From Bacilli bacterium (GTDB taxonomy: Bacteria > Bacillota_I > Bacilli_A > RF39 > UBA660), in contig JBMNEQ010000004.1 in assembly GCA_050948865.1 (NCBI GenBank), positions 62,477 through 126,476 of the forward strand: DNA of 64,000 bases, read 5' to 3'. A model generated the notes under the pieces. The model was not told the origin of the DNA. It searched no databases and saw only the letters and a list, made by a program, of their open reading frames with translations. Of this stretch, positions 29,753-40,517 are shown one piece after another. Numbering within the stretch: position 1 is the stretch's first letter; every line of letters begins with the position of its first letter. Both the position numbers and the translations under genes were made by a program.

Positions 29753-30869
29753 ATTGTTTTTGAAACAATCTTTTTTTTCTAAAAATTCCAAGCATGATTA
29801 AAAGAGTAATTATTAATAAAGGGGCTGAGATTAGATAATGGAATTTCTTTTGCATAAAATCTAAAGCAAAAATAGCCCGTCCTTTGAAAATAAAGTAAGA
29901 AATTAATAAGCCTAAAATACAAATAAGACTAATATTAAGTTTAAGAGACTTTTCTTTTTTTAATTTAAATAAACTTTTACTATATTCACTTATAAAATAT
30001 AAGGTTAAAGTAGCTAAAATAAAGAAATTAAAATACCAGTGAATATTTAAAAAGTTTTCTAAACCGGTAATAAAATCTCCAATAACTATTTTTCTTTGAA
30101 TGTAAGCCTCAGGATAGCGGTATAATTGGGCTAAACTAATGGTTAAAACGGTAGTAATCATAAAGTAAACTATAGAAAGAAGGATGAGGGAAGCTAAAAA
30201 GCCAATAATTAAATATTTTTTATAATGAGTATTGTCTTTGATTTTATTTTTAGGAATCATTGTTAAAGTTATTAAAGGGGGATAAGCATAACATAATAAG
30301 ATTAAACTTTGAGAAATAACAGCTAGAGGACCATTTTTACAAATGGGAAAGATCTTTTCAGTATCAACCCAAGGATATAAAGAAAAGACAACGATGATAA
30401 TTAAAAGGATTCCTCCATAAAAAAGGATTTCTCCTACCCGACTAATGATAGTTAAACCTTTTGATACAGCATAATAAAAGATAATAGTAGATAAACCTGC
30501 TAAAAATAAATAAGGAGTTTCTCCTGCATATAAAAAGATGGTTGTATAAGCACCACTCCAAATAATTATTCCAAATAAAACTAACATGCCCATTATTAAA
30601 AGGAAATTGATAATGTTGCCAAAAGTATTACCAAAGATGATTTTATTTTTTTCTAAAATATTTTTATTTGGTTCAAATTCCATAATATAAATTATGATAA
30701 TTAAGGGAATAAAAGCAATAACAAGGGAAAATAAAGGTATTAGCCAAGAATCTTCATCAGCTTGATTAATTATAATAGATGTTCCAAAACCAGGGAAAAG
30801 AGCACTACCAAGAAAAAAACTTAAAATCCCTAGTTGAAAAGAAGTGATAGTTCCTTTATTTTTTAGCAT
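29730..30869 (-). CDS. spore germination protein, GerAB/GerKB permease family
   Basis: N-terminus with ITSFQLGILSFFLGSALF and about 10 TM helices, typical of the B subunit of germinant receptors. Confidence 0.8.
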   Translation of the reverse strand: MLKNKGTITSFQLGILSFFLGSALFPGFGTSIIINQADEDSWLIPLFSLVIAFIPLIIIIYIMEFEPNKNILEKNKIIFGNTFGNIINFLLIMGMLVLFGIIIWSGAYTTIFLYAGETPYLFLAGLSTIIFYYAVSKGLTIISRVGEILFYGGILLIIIVVFSLYPWVDTEKIFPICKNGPLAVISQSLILLCYAYPPLITLTMIPKNKIKDNTHYKKYLIIGFLASLILLSIVYFMITTVLTISLAQLYRYPEAYIQRKIVIGDFITGLENFLNIHWYFNFFILATLTLYFISEYSKSLFKLKKEKSLKLNISLICILGLLISYFIFKGRAIFALDFMQKKFHYLISAPLLIITLLIMLGIFRKKRLFQKQSKLLKQQ

Positions 30870-32076
30870 TTTTCATCCTCCTTTTAGATGAATCTAAGAA
30901 AGCTTGCACATCTTTAAGTTTAGTTTTGATTTTAATATCATATTTGGTGGTAGGATAAATATTGTCCCAATCATCTTTTAATTTTTTCCATTCTTGATGA
31001 TGATATCGATAAAGATGTTCTCCTACTCCAATAACATCACTTTTAAACTCCTTTTGAGTAGCTTTAATAGTTTTATTAATAATCCTTTTTAATTCCTTGT
31101 CAGCCATTTTTTCTATTTTTTTTAAATTCTTAGTCTTTTTTAAATCATAAGAGCAGTTAATTTCATTTAGGGATCCTTCTATTTCCACATTAAAAGAAGC
31201 ATGAGGAATTCCTTTTTTAATGTCGACCTTTCTATTAAATTTTAATTTATCAACCGAAATACTAGCATAATTTTTCTTTTTATCACAAGGAAAAGAAAGA
31301 GTAAATTTTTTAATTCTTTGTCTTAATATTTGATAACCAAGACTTTCTTTTTCTTTAAAAAAACCAACTAATTTATCATCTTTAAAAACAGCATTGCCAA
31401 TTATCTTTATTTTTGTTTGTGGTTCAGCTGTTTTTACATTTTTAGCTGTTTCTCCCTTTTTTGGTTTACCAACGATTTTGATGGCATTAAAACTAGTATT
31501 TCTTCCTTCTTGAAGAATACAATCAACAACTTTGTCAAAAGTAGAAACGCTAGAAGCACTACCACTTAAATAAGAAATATGTTTTAAACTTGTCACCAAA
31601 TCTTTAGCTGGATAATCTTCTAAAGCAGAAGTTATTTTTAAAGCTTCATTAGCAGTTGATCCTTTAACAATAATTAAAGGAAATATTTTTCTTGCTCTTT
31701 TTTCTCTAAGGAAAAAGTCTAAAACATCATAAAGACCATTTTTAGCAGTTTGTTCTCCAATTAAAACAACTTCTAGATGCCCTAAATAAGGTTCTTTAGG
31801 GATTGTTAAAACAACTTTATTAATTGCTTCTAGAATAGTTTTTCCTTTGGCATCATAGGTAGCAAAAGGAAGTTTAGCTTCTGCTCCTCCTGCACTTCCT
31901 TCACTTTCAGGGCGGGTAATATTTAATATTTGTAAGGTTATTAGATATGTTTTAGATTTATTATCATAATCAACTCCAATTCCACTAATTAAATTAAAAT
32001 CATCTAATTCTTTATATTCCCAACATCCTGATAAAGTTATAATTATTAAAAATAAAATTATTATTTTTATTTTCAT
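30856..32076 (-). CDS. spore germination protein, GerAC family lipoprotein
   Basis: Lipobox LSGCW, and the C subunit sits between the A and B genes. Confidence 0.8.
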   Translation of the reverse strand: MKIKIIILFLIIITLSGCWEYKELDDFNLISGIGVDYDNKSKTYLITLQILNITRPESEGSAGGAEAKLPFATYDAKGKTILEAINKVVLTIPKEPYLGHLEVVLIGEQTAKNGLYDVLDFFLREKRARKIFPLIIVKGSTANEALKITSALEDYPAKDLVTSLKHISYLSGSASSVSTFDKVVDCILQEGRNTSFNAIKIVGKPKKGETAKNVKTAEPQTKIKIIGNAVFKDDKLVGFFKEKESLGYQILRQRIKKFTLSFPCDKKKNYASISVDKLKFNRKVDIKKGIPHASFNVEIEGSLNEINCSYDLKKTKNLKKIEKMADKELKRIINKTIKATQKEFKSDVIGVGEHLYRYHHQEWKKLKDDWDNIYPTTKYDIKIKTKLKDVQAFLDSSKRRMKNAKK

Positions 32077-33539
32077 TTTTTCTGATCCTTTCCTCGAAGG
32101 GGATTCTTTTTGGCTGTTAGGACATTTCTTTCTTGAAATTTAGCTACATTGGTTAAAAGAAAAGCATCGTGTTGATTTTTTAAATTAATAGGAGTATAAG
32201 GGGATAAATAAGAGATACCAAAAGATTCAATACTAGCTAAATAAGTTAAGAATAAGAATGTTCCCGCGAGTAGTCCTGTTATTCCAATAAAAGAAACTAA
32301 AAAGATAAATAATAATCGCCACCATCTAAGACCATTAACCAATTCCATGTTTGAAACTATTAAACCACTAATAGCAGTAATAGCTATTACAATAATCATA
32401 ATCGGGGAGACTAAACCAGCTGTAACAGCAGCTTCTCCTAAAACTAAAGCACCAACGATACTTAAAGCACTACCTAAATTTTTGGGTATTCTTAAATCTG
32501 TTTCTTTTAGTATTTCAAAGATGATTAACATTATTAAAGCTTCTACAACAGTTGGAAAGGGAACTCCTTGCCTTTGAGTAGCAAAACTAATATATAATTG
32601 TTGAGGGATGGCTTCTTGATTATGAGTAGTAATAGCAATATAAAGAGCAGGAGTAAATAAAGTTAAAAAAAGAGCGATTAATCTTATGATTCTAGTATAA
32701 TTAACATTAATTGCTTTTTGATAATAATCATCAGGTGAACGAAAGAAATCAACAAAGATAGCTGGAATAAGAACTACAGAAGGAGTATTATCTAAGACAA
32801 TAGCAATTTTACCTTCTAATAAACTAGAACAAACCCGATCTGGTCTTTCTGTTGGTAAATAATTAGCAAAAGTTTTATATTTATTATCAGAAATTAATTC
32901 AATAATATAATTAGCGTCTAATATGGCATCAATATTAATACTTTCTATTTTATTTATTACATTTTGAACCATATTTAAATCGACAATATCCTTAATATAC
33001 ATAATTCCTATTTTAGTTTGACTGCGAACTCCAACAATTAATTCTTTTAATTTTAAATTAGAATCTTTTATTCTTGATCTAATTAAACCAAGATTAGTTT
33101 GATAATTTTCTACAAAAGAATCTTGAGGACCTTTAATAGTGCTTTCTAATTGAGCTTCTGAGATCGGACTATTTAATCCAGCTTTTGTTTCTAAGATTAA
33201 AACTTCATCAAAACCATCAATAATAAGGATTGTTAAACCACTAGTAAGAAAAGTAGTCAATTCTTGATAAGATTTAGTTTTTTTAATATTATTAATAGGT
33301 ATTTTAGTTTTCAAATATTTTAAAAGATCTTCTTCTTCTATTTTCTCTTCTGGTTCTCTTTCTAAAAAACTTAAAATAAACTTATTGATAGTTGTTCTTT
33401 CACTAATGGTTTCATTAAATACAAGATGAAGATAAGTGTTAGAATAAGTTAAAGTTTTAATAATTAAATCAGGGAAATCTTGAAAATCATTTTTAATTTT
33501 ATTAATTATTTCTTTACTATTTTTGACTAGTTTCTCCAT
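32073..33539 (-). CDS. spore germination protein, GerAA family
   Basis: GerA-family A subunit with soluble N-domain and C-terminal TM bundle. It heads the A-C-B operon. Confidence 0.85.
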   Translation of the reverse strand: MEKLVKNSKEIINKIKNDFQDFPDLIIKTLTYSNTYLHLVFNETISERTTINKFILSFLEREPEEKIEEEDLLKYLKTKIPINNIKKTKSYQELTTFLTSGLTILIIDGFDEVLILETKAGLNSPISEAQLESTIKGPQDSFVENYQTNLGLIRSRIKDSNLKLKELIVGVRSQTKIGIMYIKDIVDLNMVQNVINKIESINIDAILDANYIIELISDNKYKTFANYLPTERPDRVCSSLLEGKIAIVLDNTPSVVLIPAIFVDFFRSPDDYYQKAINVNYTRIIRLIALFLTLFTPALYIAITTHNQEAIPQQLYISFATQRQGVPFPTVVEALIMLIIFEILKETDLRIPKNLGSALSIVGALVLGEAAVTAGLVSPIMIIVIAITAISGLIVSNMELVNGLRWWRLLFIFLVSFIGITGLLAGTFLFLTYLASIESFGISYLSPYTPINLKNQHDAFLLTNVAKFQERNVLTAKKNPLRGKDQKK

Positions 33540-33634
33540 TTCATCACCACTTTTTTTATTATTACCAATTATTTGTAAAATATTAAATAAACAAGGTAAT
33601 TATGATATACTAGTAATGTATTAAGGAGGTTCTA

Positions 33635-33925
33635 ATGGAAAAATATATTATGGTTTGTTCTTTTATTATTATTGTTGTTTTAGTCTTATTAATAAATAAA
33701 TATTTTTCTTCTTCTAAAGTTTTTAAGTATATTCCTTTTATTTTTACTTTAATTAGTGGTTTTATCTTTCTGTTTATTAGTTTAGTTATTTTAAAAAATA
33801 AAAACTTAGTTTATTTTCTATTAGGTATGATTAATTTAGTTAGTTCTTTTGGGGCTTTAATGACAGCTTTATTAATTGATTTAAAAAAGTATTTTAAAGA
33901 TCAAGAAAAGTTTCTTCAAAATTAG
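33635..33925 (+). CDS. small membrane protein (3 TM)
   Basis: GGAGG RBS, then 96 hydrophobic residues. No family assignable. Confidence 0.3.
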   Translation: MEKYIMVCSFIIIVVLVLLINKYFSSSKVFKYIPFIFTLISGFIFLFISLVILKNKNLVYFLLGMINLVSSFGALMTALLIDLKKYFKDQEKFLQN

Positions 33926-33941
33926 GAAAAAGGATGAGAGA

Positions 33942-34928
33942 ATGAAATTTAGATATATAGTAATTATTTGTTTATTATTTTTTATTGGTTGTAATTTTAA
34001 AAAGACAGTATTTTCTAAAGATTATTTTTATATGGATACTTATTTTCAGGTTAAAATTTATTCTAAAAATAAAAAAGAAACTCTTCAAGCTTTAGAAGAG
34101 ATTGATTTAATTTATAATTATTATCATCGTTTAACTGATCGTTTTCATCAAGATGAAGAATTAATTAATGTTTATTATTTAAACAATATTTTAAAAGTAG
34201 AAGAATCAATAAAAATAGATCAAGAATTATTTATTCTTTTAAAAGAATGTTTAAATTATTATGAAGAAAGTAATGGTTTATTTAATATTGCTTTAGGGAA
34301 TGTTTTAGATGTTTGGCATAATTATAGGGAAAAACAAATGGGAGTTCCAACCTTAGAGGAATTAAAAAGTAGTGGTTCTATTAATATTAAAAGTATTGTT
34401 TTAAATGAAGATTTTACCTTTAAGAAAAAAGAAGATCTTAAAATAGATCTTGGGGGAATAGCTAAAGGATATGCGACAAAGGTTGTGGAAGAATATTTAA
34501 AGGAAAAAGGACTAACTAAATATTTAATTAATGCTGGAGGTCATGTAACAGTTGGGGAGCATTATAATAAAGGAAAATATAAAATTGGGATTGAAGATCC
34601 ATTAAAAGATCAAGAGATCTTTAAGGTGATTAAAGCGAATAATATCACTGTTGATACTAGTGGTAGTTATGAAAGATATTATGAATATAAAGGGGTTAAA
34701 TATCACCATTTAATTGATCCTTTTACTTTGTTTCCTCCTCATTATATGTTATCTGTAACTGTTCTTACAAAAGATAGTATGAAGGCTGATTTTTTATCTA
34801 CTTATTTATTTTTAATTCCTATTGAAGAAGGGTTAGAAATAGTCAAGAAGATGGATGGAGTCGAAGCTTTATGGTATAGTAATGAAGGTCAAGTTTATTC
34901 ATCTAAAGGAATAATTAATTATGAATAA
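33942..34928 (+). CDS. apbE: FAD:protein FMN transferase (ApbE family) lipoprotein
   Basis: Lipobox FFIGCN and the ApbE motif DLGGIAKGYA. Confidence 0.85.
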   Translation: MKFRYIVIICLLFFIGCNFKKTVFSKDYFYMDTYFQVKIYSKNKKETLQALEEIDLIYNYYHRLTDRFHQDEELINVYYLNNILKVEESIKIDQELFILLKECLNYYEESNGLFNIALGNVLDVWHNYREKQMGVPTLEELKSSGSINIKSIVLNEDFTFKKKEDLKIDLGGIAKGYATKVVEEYLKEKGLTKYLINAGGHVTVGEHYNKGKYKIGIEDPLKDQEIFKVIKANNITVDTSGSYERYYEYKGVKYHHLIDPFTLFPPHYMLSVTVLTKDSMKADFLSTYLFLIPIEEGLEIVKKMDGVEALWYSNEGQVYSSKGIINYE

Positions 34929-35289
34929 GAGTGATTATCAGTTAATATTCTTTGTTTTATTTATTGTTACCTTATTTTGGATAATAGGTGGATTATTAAC
35001 TAATTCTTCAAAGAAGATAGCTTTAGTTTATTATGAAGAAAAATTAATTAAAACGATTCCTTTAGATCATCAAGAGAAAAAGGAATATCTTGTTCAAGGT
35101 TATAATGGGCCAGTGGTAATTATTACTAAAGGAGATAAAATTAAAGTAAAAGAAGAAGAATCCCCTTTAAATCTTTGTTCTAAGCAAGGTTATATTTCTA
35201 AACCTTATGAAATGATTGTTTGTTTACCTAATCATTTAGTTATAAAAATAAAAGGAGAAAAGGAAGCATTTGATGCAGTAATTAGGTGA
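34921..35289 (+). CDS. NusG domain II-containing (DUF1312) membrane-anchored protein
   Basis: N-terminal TM then CxxQGY...CLPN pattern. It is the usual partner of ApbE and Gx-transporter genes. Confidence 0.55.
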   Translation: MNKSDYQLIFFVLFIVTLFWIIGGLLTNSSKKIALVYYEEKLIKTIPLDHQEKKEYLVQGYNGPVVIITKGDKIKVKEEESPLNLCSKQGYISKPYEMIVCLPNHLVIKIKGEKEAFDAVIR

Positions 35290-35293
35290 AATA

Positions 35294-35794
35294 GTGGAGT
35301 TAAAAAAAACAGTACGATTAGCGATGCTTTTATCTTTAGGAATAGTTTTAAACTTAGTAGAAAGTATGATCCCTTTTATTGGATCGATTATTCCTGGTTT
35401 AAAATTAGGTTTAACTAATATAGTAATTCTTTTAGTTCTTTATTTATATGGTTTTAAAGATGCTTTAACATTATCAATAATGAGAGTCTTTATAATTGGT
35501 ATTTTAAGAACAGGTTTATTTAATATTATTTTCTTTTTTAGTTTAAGTGGAGCTTTATTTAGTGTTTTAGCAATGGCAATTTCTAAAAGATTAACGAAAT
35601 TATCAATTATTGGAATTAGTATTATTGGAGCCTTATTTCATAGCTTTGGTCAAATAATAATAGCTATCCTTTATATAAATATGGAAATAATTTACTATTT
35701 ACCGTGGTTATTATTATTTTCTCTTCCAACAGGTTTTTTAGTGGGAAAGATCGCCAATGAAGTGTTAAGTTTTTCTAACTCAGTTTTTAAATAA
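35294..35794 (+). CDS. Gx transporter family membrane protein
   Basis: Multi-TM protein with LGIVLNLVESMIPF, typical of the Gx/ECF-S-like family found alongside apbE. Confidence 0.55.
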   Translation: MELKKTVRLAMLLSLGIVLNLVESMIPFIGSIIPGLKLGLTNIVILLVLYLYGFKDALTLSIMRVFIIGILRTGLFNIIFFFSLSGALFSVLAMAISKRLTKLSIIGISIIGALFHSFGQIIIAILYINMEIIYYLPWLLLFSLPTGFLVGKIANEVLSFSNSVFK

Positions 35795-35834
35795 AGGCTA
35801 GAATGATATAATTAAGGAAGAAAGGTTGATATAA

Positions 35835-36734
35835 ATGAAAAAGATAGTTTGTATAGGACATGCTTCTTATGATATTACATTTCCTTTTGATCATTATCCT
35901 ATTGAAAACTCTAAAAATAGAGTTCCTAAAAGAGTAGAATGTGGTGGTGGACCTGCTTCTAATGCTGCTTATTTATTAGGTAAATGGGGATTAGATGTTA
36001 GTTTTGTTGGTGTTCTTGGAAATGATATTTATGGTCAAAGAATTCTAAAAGAGTTTAAAGAAGTAAATGTTAAAACAGACATGGTAGAAATTGATGTTAA
36101 TTATGAAACGACTTTAAGTTTTATCGTGGTGAATAAAAGTAGAGGTAGTCGGACTACTTTTACTCAAAGAAATCCAGAAATGAAATTAAAGACAGAAAAG
36201 AATTTAATAGCAGATATTATTTTAGTTGATGGTCAAGAATTAGAGACTTCAATCAAGGCTATTAAAGATAATAAAAAGGCTATTTCTATTATTGATGCTG
36301 GTAGTTTAAAAGAAGAAAATATTATTTTAGGAAAAATGGTTGATTATTTAGTTTGTTCTAAAGATTTTGCAGAAGGTTTTACGAACTTAAAAATTGATTT
36401 AAAAGATCCAGATTCTATCACTGCTGTTTATCAGAAATTAGAAGAAGAGTTTTCTAATAAGATCATTATTACTGTTGAAGATCAAGGTTGTTTATATAAA
36501 GAAAATAATAAAATAAAAAGAATGCCTAGTATTAAAGTAAAGGCTCTTGATTCAACAGGGGCCGGAGATTTATTTCATGGTGCTTTTGTTTATGGGATTG
36601 CGAATGGCTTTTCTTTAGAAAAGACTTTAAAGATCTCTAATATAACAGGGGCCTTATCAGTTACCAAGATGGGGGGACGTTATTCAGTTTTACCCTTAGA
36701 AGAAATAATGAAAGTGTATGAGGAACATGCTTGA
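35835..36734 (+). CDS. PfkB-family carbohydrate or nucleoside kinase
   Basis: Ribokinase-like fold with the DSTGAGDLFHGAFVYG anion-hole motif. Confidence 0.8.
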   Translation: MKKIVCIGHASYDITFPFDHYPIENSKNRVPKRVECGGGPASNAAYLLGKWGLDVSFVGVLGNDIYGQRILKEFKEVNVKTDMVEIDVNYETTLSFIVVNKSRGSRTTFTQRNPEMKLKTEKNLIADIILVDGQELETSIKAIKDNKKAISIIDAGSLKEENIILGKMVDYLVCSKDFAEGFTNLKIDLKDPDSITAVYQKLEEEFSNKIIITVEDQGCLYKENNKIKRMPSIKVKALDSTGAGDLFHGAFVYGIANGFSLEKTLKISNITGALSVTKMGGRYSVLPLEEIMKVYEEHA

Positions 36735-36990
36735 TGACCTTTTTATTAAAAATTTACCAACTATTGATTTACATGGTTATGATCGTTTAACAGCAAGAAT
36801 TCTTTTAATGGACTTTATAAAAGATTGTTATAAATTAAAGGAAAAAAGGATTGTGATTATCCATGGGAAAGGAACTTTTGTTTTAAAAGAAGAAATAACT
36901 AAAGTTTTAAAGAAAAATAAATATATAAAAGACTTTAAAAGTCAAGTTTTTAATGCGGGTTGTACTATTGCTGAATTAAATTTAAATTAA
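36718..36990 (+). CDS. Smr (small MutS-related) domain protein
   Basis: IDLHGYDRL...VIIHGKG Smr motifs. Confidence 0.7.
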   Translation: MRNMLDDLFIKNLPTIDLHGYDRLTARILLMDFIKDCYKLKEKRIVIIHGKGTFVLKEEITKVLKKNKYIKDFKSQVFNAGCTIAELNLN

Positions 36991-37003
36991 GGTGGAAAAG
37001 ATT

Positions 37004-37954
37004 ATGGCTCAAGAAAAAATATTAGAATATTTATTACAATTTGTAACTATTTATTTAGTAGTATCAACAAATGATTATCTTTATAAAAATAAAAGGTTGA
37101 AAAAGGCTAACAAATATAAAGGAAGAATAATTAAAGGAACTCCCTTTAATATTAATGATATTGAAGAAGAAAAAAGAATAAAAATAAAAGCAAAATTAGA
37201 ACAAGAAAAAAGAGATAAAGTCTTAAATTTTATTCAGAAGCTAGAAAAGAATTTTAATGAAGAAGACTTATCTTTAATGTATGAAAATTTAGCTTCTTTA
37301 AAGATTAAGAAGAAACCTCCTTTAATGGGTATTATGCTTTCTTTAGCGGCTAGTTATAATGCGAAAAAGAACCGCATTAATATCTATTTTAACCGGGCTT
37401 TTGAACATGAAATGTTTCATTTAGCTTCAGCAAAATATGATGAGAAAAGTGATATTGAATGTGTTGGTTTTGTTCAAAAAAAAGATGATGTTACAATTGG
37501 TAAAGGTCTTAATGAAGGTTATACTGAATTATTAAGACAAAGATATTTTCCTAAAAAGATGGATACATTTTATAATGTTTATAATATAGAAACTAATCTT
37601 GCAGAAATGATGGAATATTTATTAAAAGATAAACAAGAATTATTAAAGTATTATTTAAAGGCTGATTTGCCTGGTTTAATTAATAGTTTAAGTGTTTATG
37701 CTAATTCTAAGGAAGTAATTAAATTAATAAAAGATATTGATTATATTACTGATTTTCATCGTGGGTTTATTCCTGGTCCTAAATATAAAGCTTATAAATT
37801 AATTTTAGAAACTAAAAAAACAATGCATGGTTGGTTTTTAACTAAAAAAGATCATGAAAAAGATATTAAAGGATTTGAAGAGGTAATGTTAAGAGGTTCT
37901 TTAGAAAAAATATTTTTAACTTCTAAAGAAGGTAAAAAAGTTGTTGTTAGATAG
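37004..37954 (+). CDS. hypothetical membrane-anchored protein with a HEXXH motif (putative metallopeptidase)
   Basis: N-terminal TM and FEHEMFHLAS (HEMFH) motif. AAGGTGG RBS before ATG 37004. Confidence 0.45.
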   Translation: MAQEKILEYLLQFVTIYLVVSTNDYLYKNKRLKKANKYKGRIIKGTPFNINDIEEEKRIKIKAKLEQEKRDKVLNFIQKLEKNFNEEDLSLMYENLASLKIKKKPPLMGIMLSLAASYNAKKNRINIYFNRAFEHEMFHLASAKYDEKSDIECVGFVQKKDDVTIGKGLNEGYTELLRQRYFPKKMDTFYNVYNIETNLAEMMEYLLKDKQELLKYYLKADLPGLINSLSVYANSKEVIKLIKDIDYITDFHRGFIPGPKYKAYKLILETKKTMHGWFLTKKDHEKDIKGFEEVMLRGSLEKIFLTSKEGKKVVVR

Positions 37955-37980
37955 TTATTTTTTTTCTTAGGTGGTGAATT

Positions 37981-40188
37981 ATGGATAAGTATATTAAAGG
38001 AACTGTTCGTAATATCTTTTATCAAACAGATAAAGGTTATATTGTTGGTTTATTTAAAATAAAAGAAACTAAAGATAAAATGATGAAAGTTTATCTTAAT
38101 AGAACAATTACTTTTACAGGAACATTTCCTGATTTATTATTGGGAAGTGATTATCTTTTTTTTGGTGATTTAATTCATCATTATAAATATGGTAAACAAT
38201 ATAGTGTTTTTCGTTATGAAAAAATTTTACCAGAAGGAAGAAATGGAGTAATAAGTTTTTTATCTTCAGATTTATTTAAAGGAATCGGATTAAAAACAGC
38301 TACTAAAATAGTTAATCAGTTAGGTGAAAAGGCTATAGATAAAATTATTAAAGATTATAAAGTTTTATTAAAAATTTCTTCAATGACAGAAGAAAAAGCA
38401 AAAATGATTTATGATGTTTTAGAAATAGAAGTCTCTAGTTATAAAATAATTATTGATTTACAAAAGTTAGGTTTTAATATGAAAGATTCAACTAAAATTT
38501 ATCAAAGATATCAAGAAGAAACAGATGTTATCTTAAAAAAGAATATTTATCAAATAATAGAAGATGTTGAAGGAATTAGTTTTTTAACTATTGATAAAAT
38601 AGCTCTTAATCAAGGATTTAATCCAAAAGATGAAAATAGAATTAAGGCTTGTATTCAATATATCATGTTAATTTTATGTTTTAATGAAGGTCATGTTTAT
38701 AATTTTATTACAGATATTTATACAGGAGTAAGTAATTATTTAAGAACAAATATTACGGAAAAAGAACTATTAAAATATTTAATAAGTTTAAATAAAGAGT
38801 ATAAAGTTATTATTAAAGGGGATAATTATTATTTAAGAGATTTTTATCAAGTAGAAGAAATGAATGCGGTAACTATTTCTAAACTTTTAACAAAAAAAGA
38901 TGATTATTATCAGGATATTTATTCTAAATTAAGAAAAATAGAAAAGAAAAATAAGATTACTTATGATGAACAACAAAAAGAAGCGATTATTAATAGTCTT
39001 AATAAAAATTTTTCTATTATTACAGGCGGTCCTGGAACAGGAAAAACTACTATTGTTAAAGCGATTGTAGATTTATTTATAGAATTAAATAATCTTGATC
39101 GAAGAAATTTAGATGATCAAATTGCTCTTTTAGCCCCAACTGGTCGTGCAGCGAAAAGAATGAAGGATTTAACTGGTTATTATGCAGTAACAATTCATCG
39201 TTTTTTAAAATGGAATAAAGAAACTAATGATTTTGGAATAAATGCCAATTTTAAATCTAATGTTAAACTAGTTATTATTGATGAAGCGAGTATGATAGAT
39301 ATGTTTCTTTTAAGAAGTTTATTTAATGGTTTAAAAGAAAATATTAAAATGATTTTTGTAGGTGATCATAATCAATTACCAAGTGTAGGACCAGGTCAAA
39401 TAATTCAAGATTTAATTGAAAGTAAAATAATTCCTACTTTTAAATTAGAATCTTTATATCGACAAGAAGAAGGATCTTATATTATTGATTTAGCATATGA
39501 AATTAATAAAGGGGAATTATCTGAATTATGGTTAACAAAACAACCTGACTATAATTTTATAGAAAGTAGTAGAGAAGAAATTAAAAAAGTGATTGGAAAG
39601 CTATGTGAAAATGCTCTTAAGAAAAAATATCAACCAAAAGATATTCAAATTTTAGTTCCTATGTATAATGGAATAAATGGAATTCATCAAATCAATGAAA
39701 TAGTTCGAGATATTTTTAATCCTTTAACATTAACAACAAAAATTTTTACTTATGCCCATCAAGATTATCGAGAAGGAGATAAAGTATTACAAACAAAGAA
39801 TAATAATGAAGTGAATGTTTCTAATGGAGATATTGGGATTATTAAGAAAATAACTAAAGAAGATAAAAAAACAATTATTAAAATTGATTTTGATGGAGAA
39901 TTAGTGGAATATCAACCTAAAGATTTTGAAGATTTAACTTTAGGTTATGCAATAAGTATTCATAAATCCCAAGGTAGTGAATTTAAGATTGTTCTTATTC
40001 CTATGGATTTATCTTTTTCTAGAATGCTTTATCGTAAACTTATTTATACTGCTGTTACTAGAGCGAAAAAATCTTTAATGTTAATTGGTCAAAAAGAGGC
40101 CTTTTTAAAAAGTGTTCATAATATTAAAGAAAAAGAAAGGCAAACTACTTTTAAAGATTTTTTAATTGATAAAACAACTAATGCATAA
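37981..40188 (+). CDS. recD2: ATP-dependent RecD-like DNA helicase (RecD2/YrrC)
   Basis: Walker A IITGGPGTGKTT, HhH N-terminal region, and C-terminal SH3/UvrD-C region typical of RecD2. Confidence 0.9.
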   Translation: MDKYIKGTVRNIFYQTDKGYIVGLFKIKETKDKMMKVYLNRTITFTGTFPDLLLGSDYLFFGDLIHHYKYGKQYSVFRYEKILPEGRNGVISFLSSDLFKGIGLKTATKIVNQLGEKAIDKIIKDYKVLLKISSMTEEKAKMIYDVLEIEVSSYKIIIDLQKLGFNMKDSTKIYQRYQEETDVILKKNIYQIIEDVEGISFLTIDKIALNQGFNPKDENRIKACIQYIMLILCFNEGHVYNFITDIYTGVSNYLRTNITEKELLKYLISLNKEYKVIIKGDNYYLRDFYQVEEMNAVTISKLLTKKDDYYQDIYSKLRKIEKKNKITYDEQQKEAIINSLNKNFSIITGGPGTGKTTIVKAIVDLFIELNNLDRRNLDDQIALLAPTGRAAKRMKDLTGYYAVTIHRFLKWNKETNDFGINANFKSNVKLVIIDEASMIDMFLLRSLFNGLKENIKMIFVGDHNQLPSVGPGQIIQDLIESKIIPTFKLESLYRQEEGSYIIDLAYEINKGELSELWLTKQPDYNFIESSREEIKKVIGKLCENALKKKYQPKDIQILVPMYNGINGIHQINEIVRDIFNPLTLTTKIFTYAHQDYREGDKVLQTKNNNEVNVSNGDIGIIKKITKEDKKTIIKIDFDGELVEYQPKDFEDLTLGYAISIHKSQGSEFKIVLIPMDLSFSRMLYRKLIYTAVTRAKKSLMLIGQKEAFLKSVHNIKEKERQTTFKDFLIDKTTNA

Positions 40189-40267
40189 ATCTTTAATAAT
40201 TAGGGAAACTATAACTGATATCAATAATAGATATCAGGGTCATATTTTTTAACTAAGAGGTGATAAA

Positions 40268-40423
40268 ATGAAGTTTAAAAAAGGTCTACTATATATGATG
40301 ATGGGAGCAGCAGTGGGAGCTGGAGCCCATTATGCTTATCATCATTATGCTAATGGTGATTTGATGAAAACTTTTCATCAAATGAAAGACAAAACCCAAA
40401 ATGAGTTGGAAGATATGATGTAG
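40268..40423 (+). CDS. small glycine-zipper protein (51 aa); not in the supplied ORF track
   Basis: AAGAGGTGA RBS, ATG 40268, GAAVGAGA motif, and a perfect terminator right after the stop. Confidence 0.4.
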   Translation: MKFKKGLLYMMMGAAVGAGAHYAYHHYANGDLMKTFHQMKDKTQNELEDMM

Positions 40424-40426
40424 AGA

Positions 40427-40449
40427 AAACCCCGTTTGGGGTTTTTTCA
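40427..40449 (+). terminator. rho-independent terminator
   Basis: AAACCCC-gttt-GGGGTTT followed by TTTT. Confidence 0.8.
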
Positions 40450-40517
40450 TGGAGAAATAGTTTACAATTTAATTCTCTTCTGATAAGATTAAATTATATT
40501 TAAATGGAGGTCTAATA

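Noticed and set aside
32347-32577. 76-aa ORF antisense within gerAA
   Set aside because: Antisense to a well-supported GerA-family gene, with no RBS. It is a low-complexity hydrophobic artefact.
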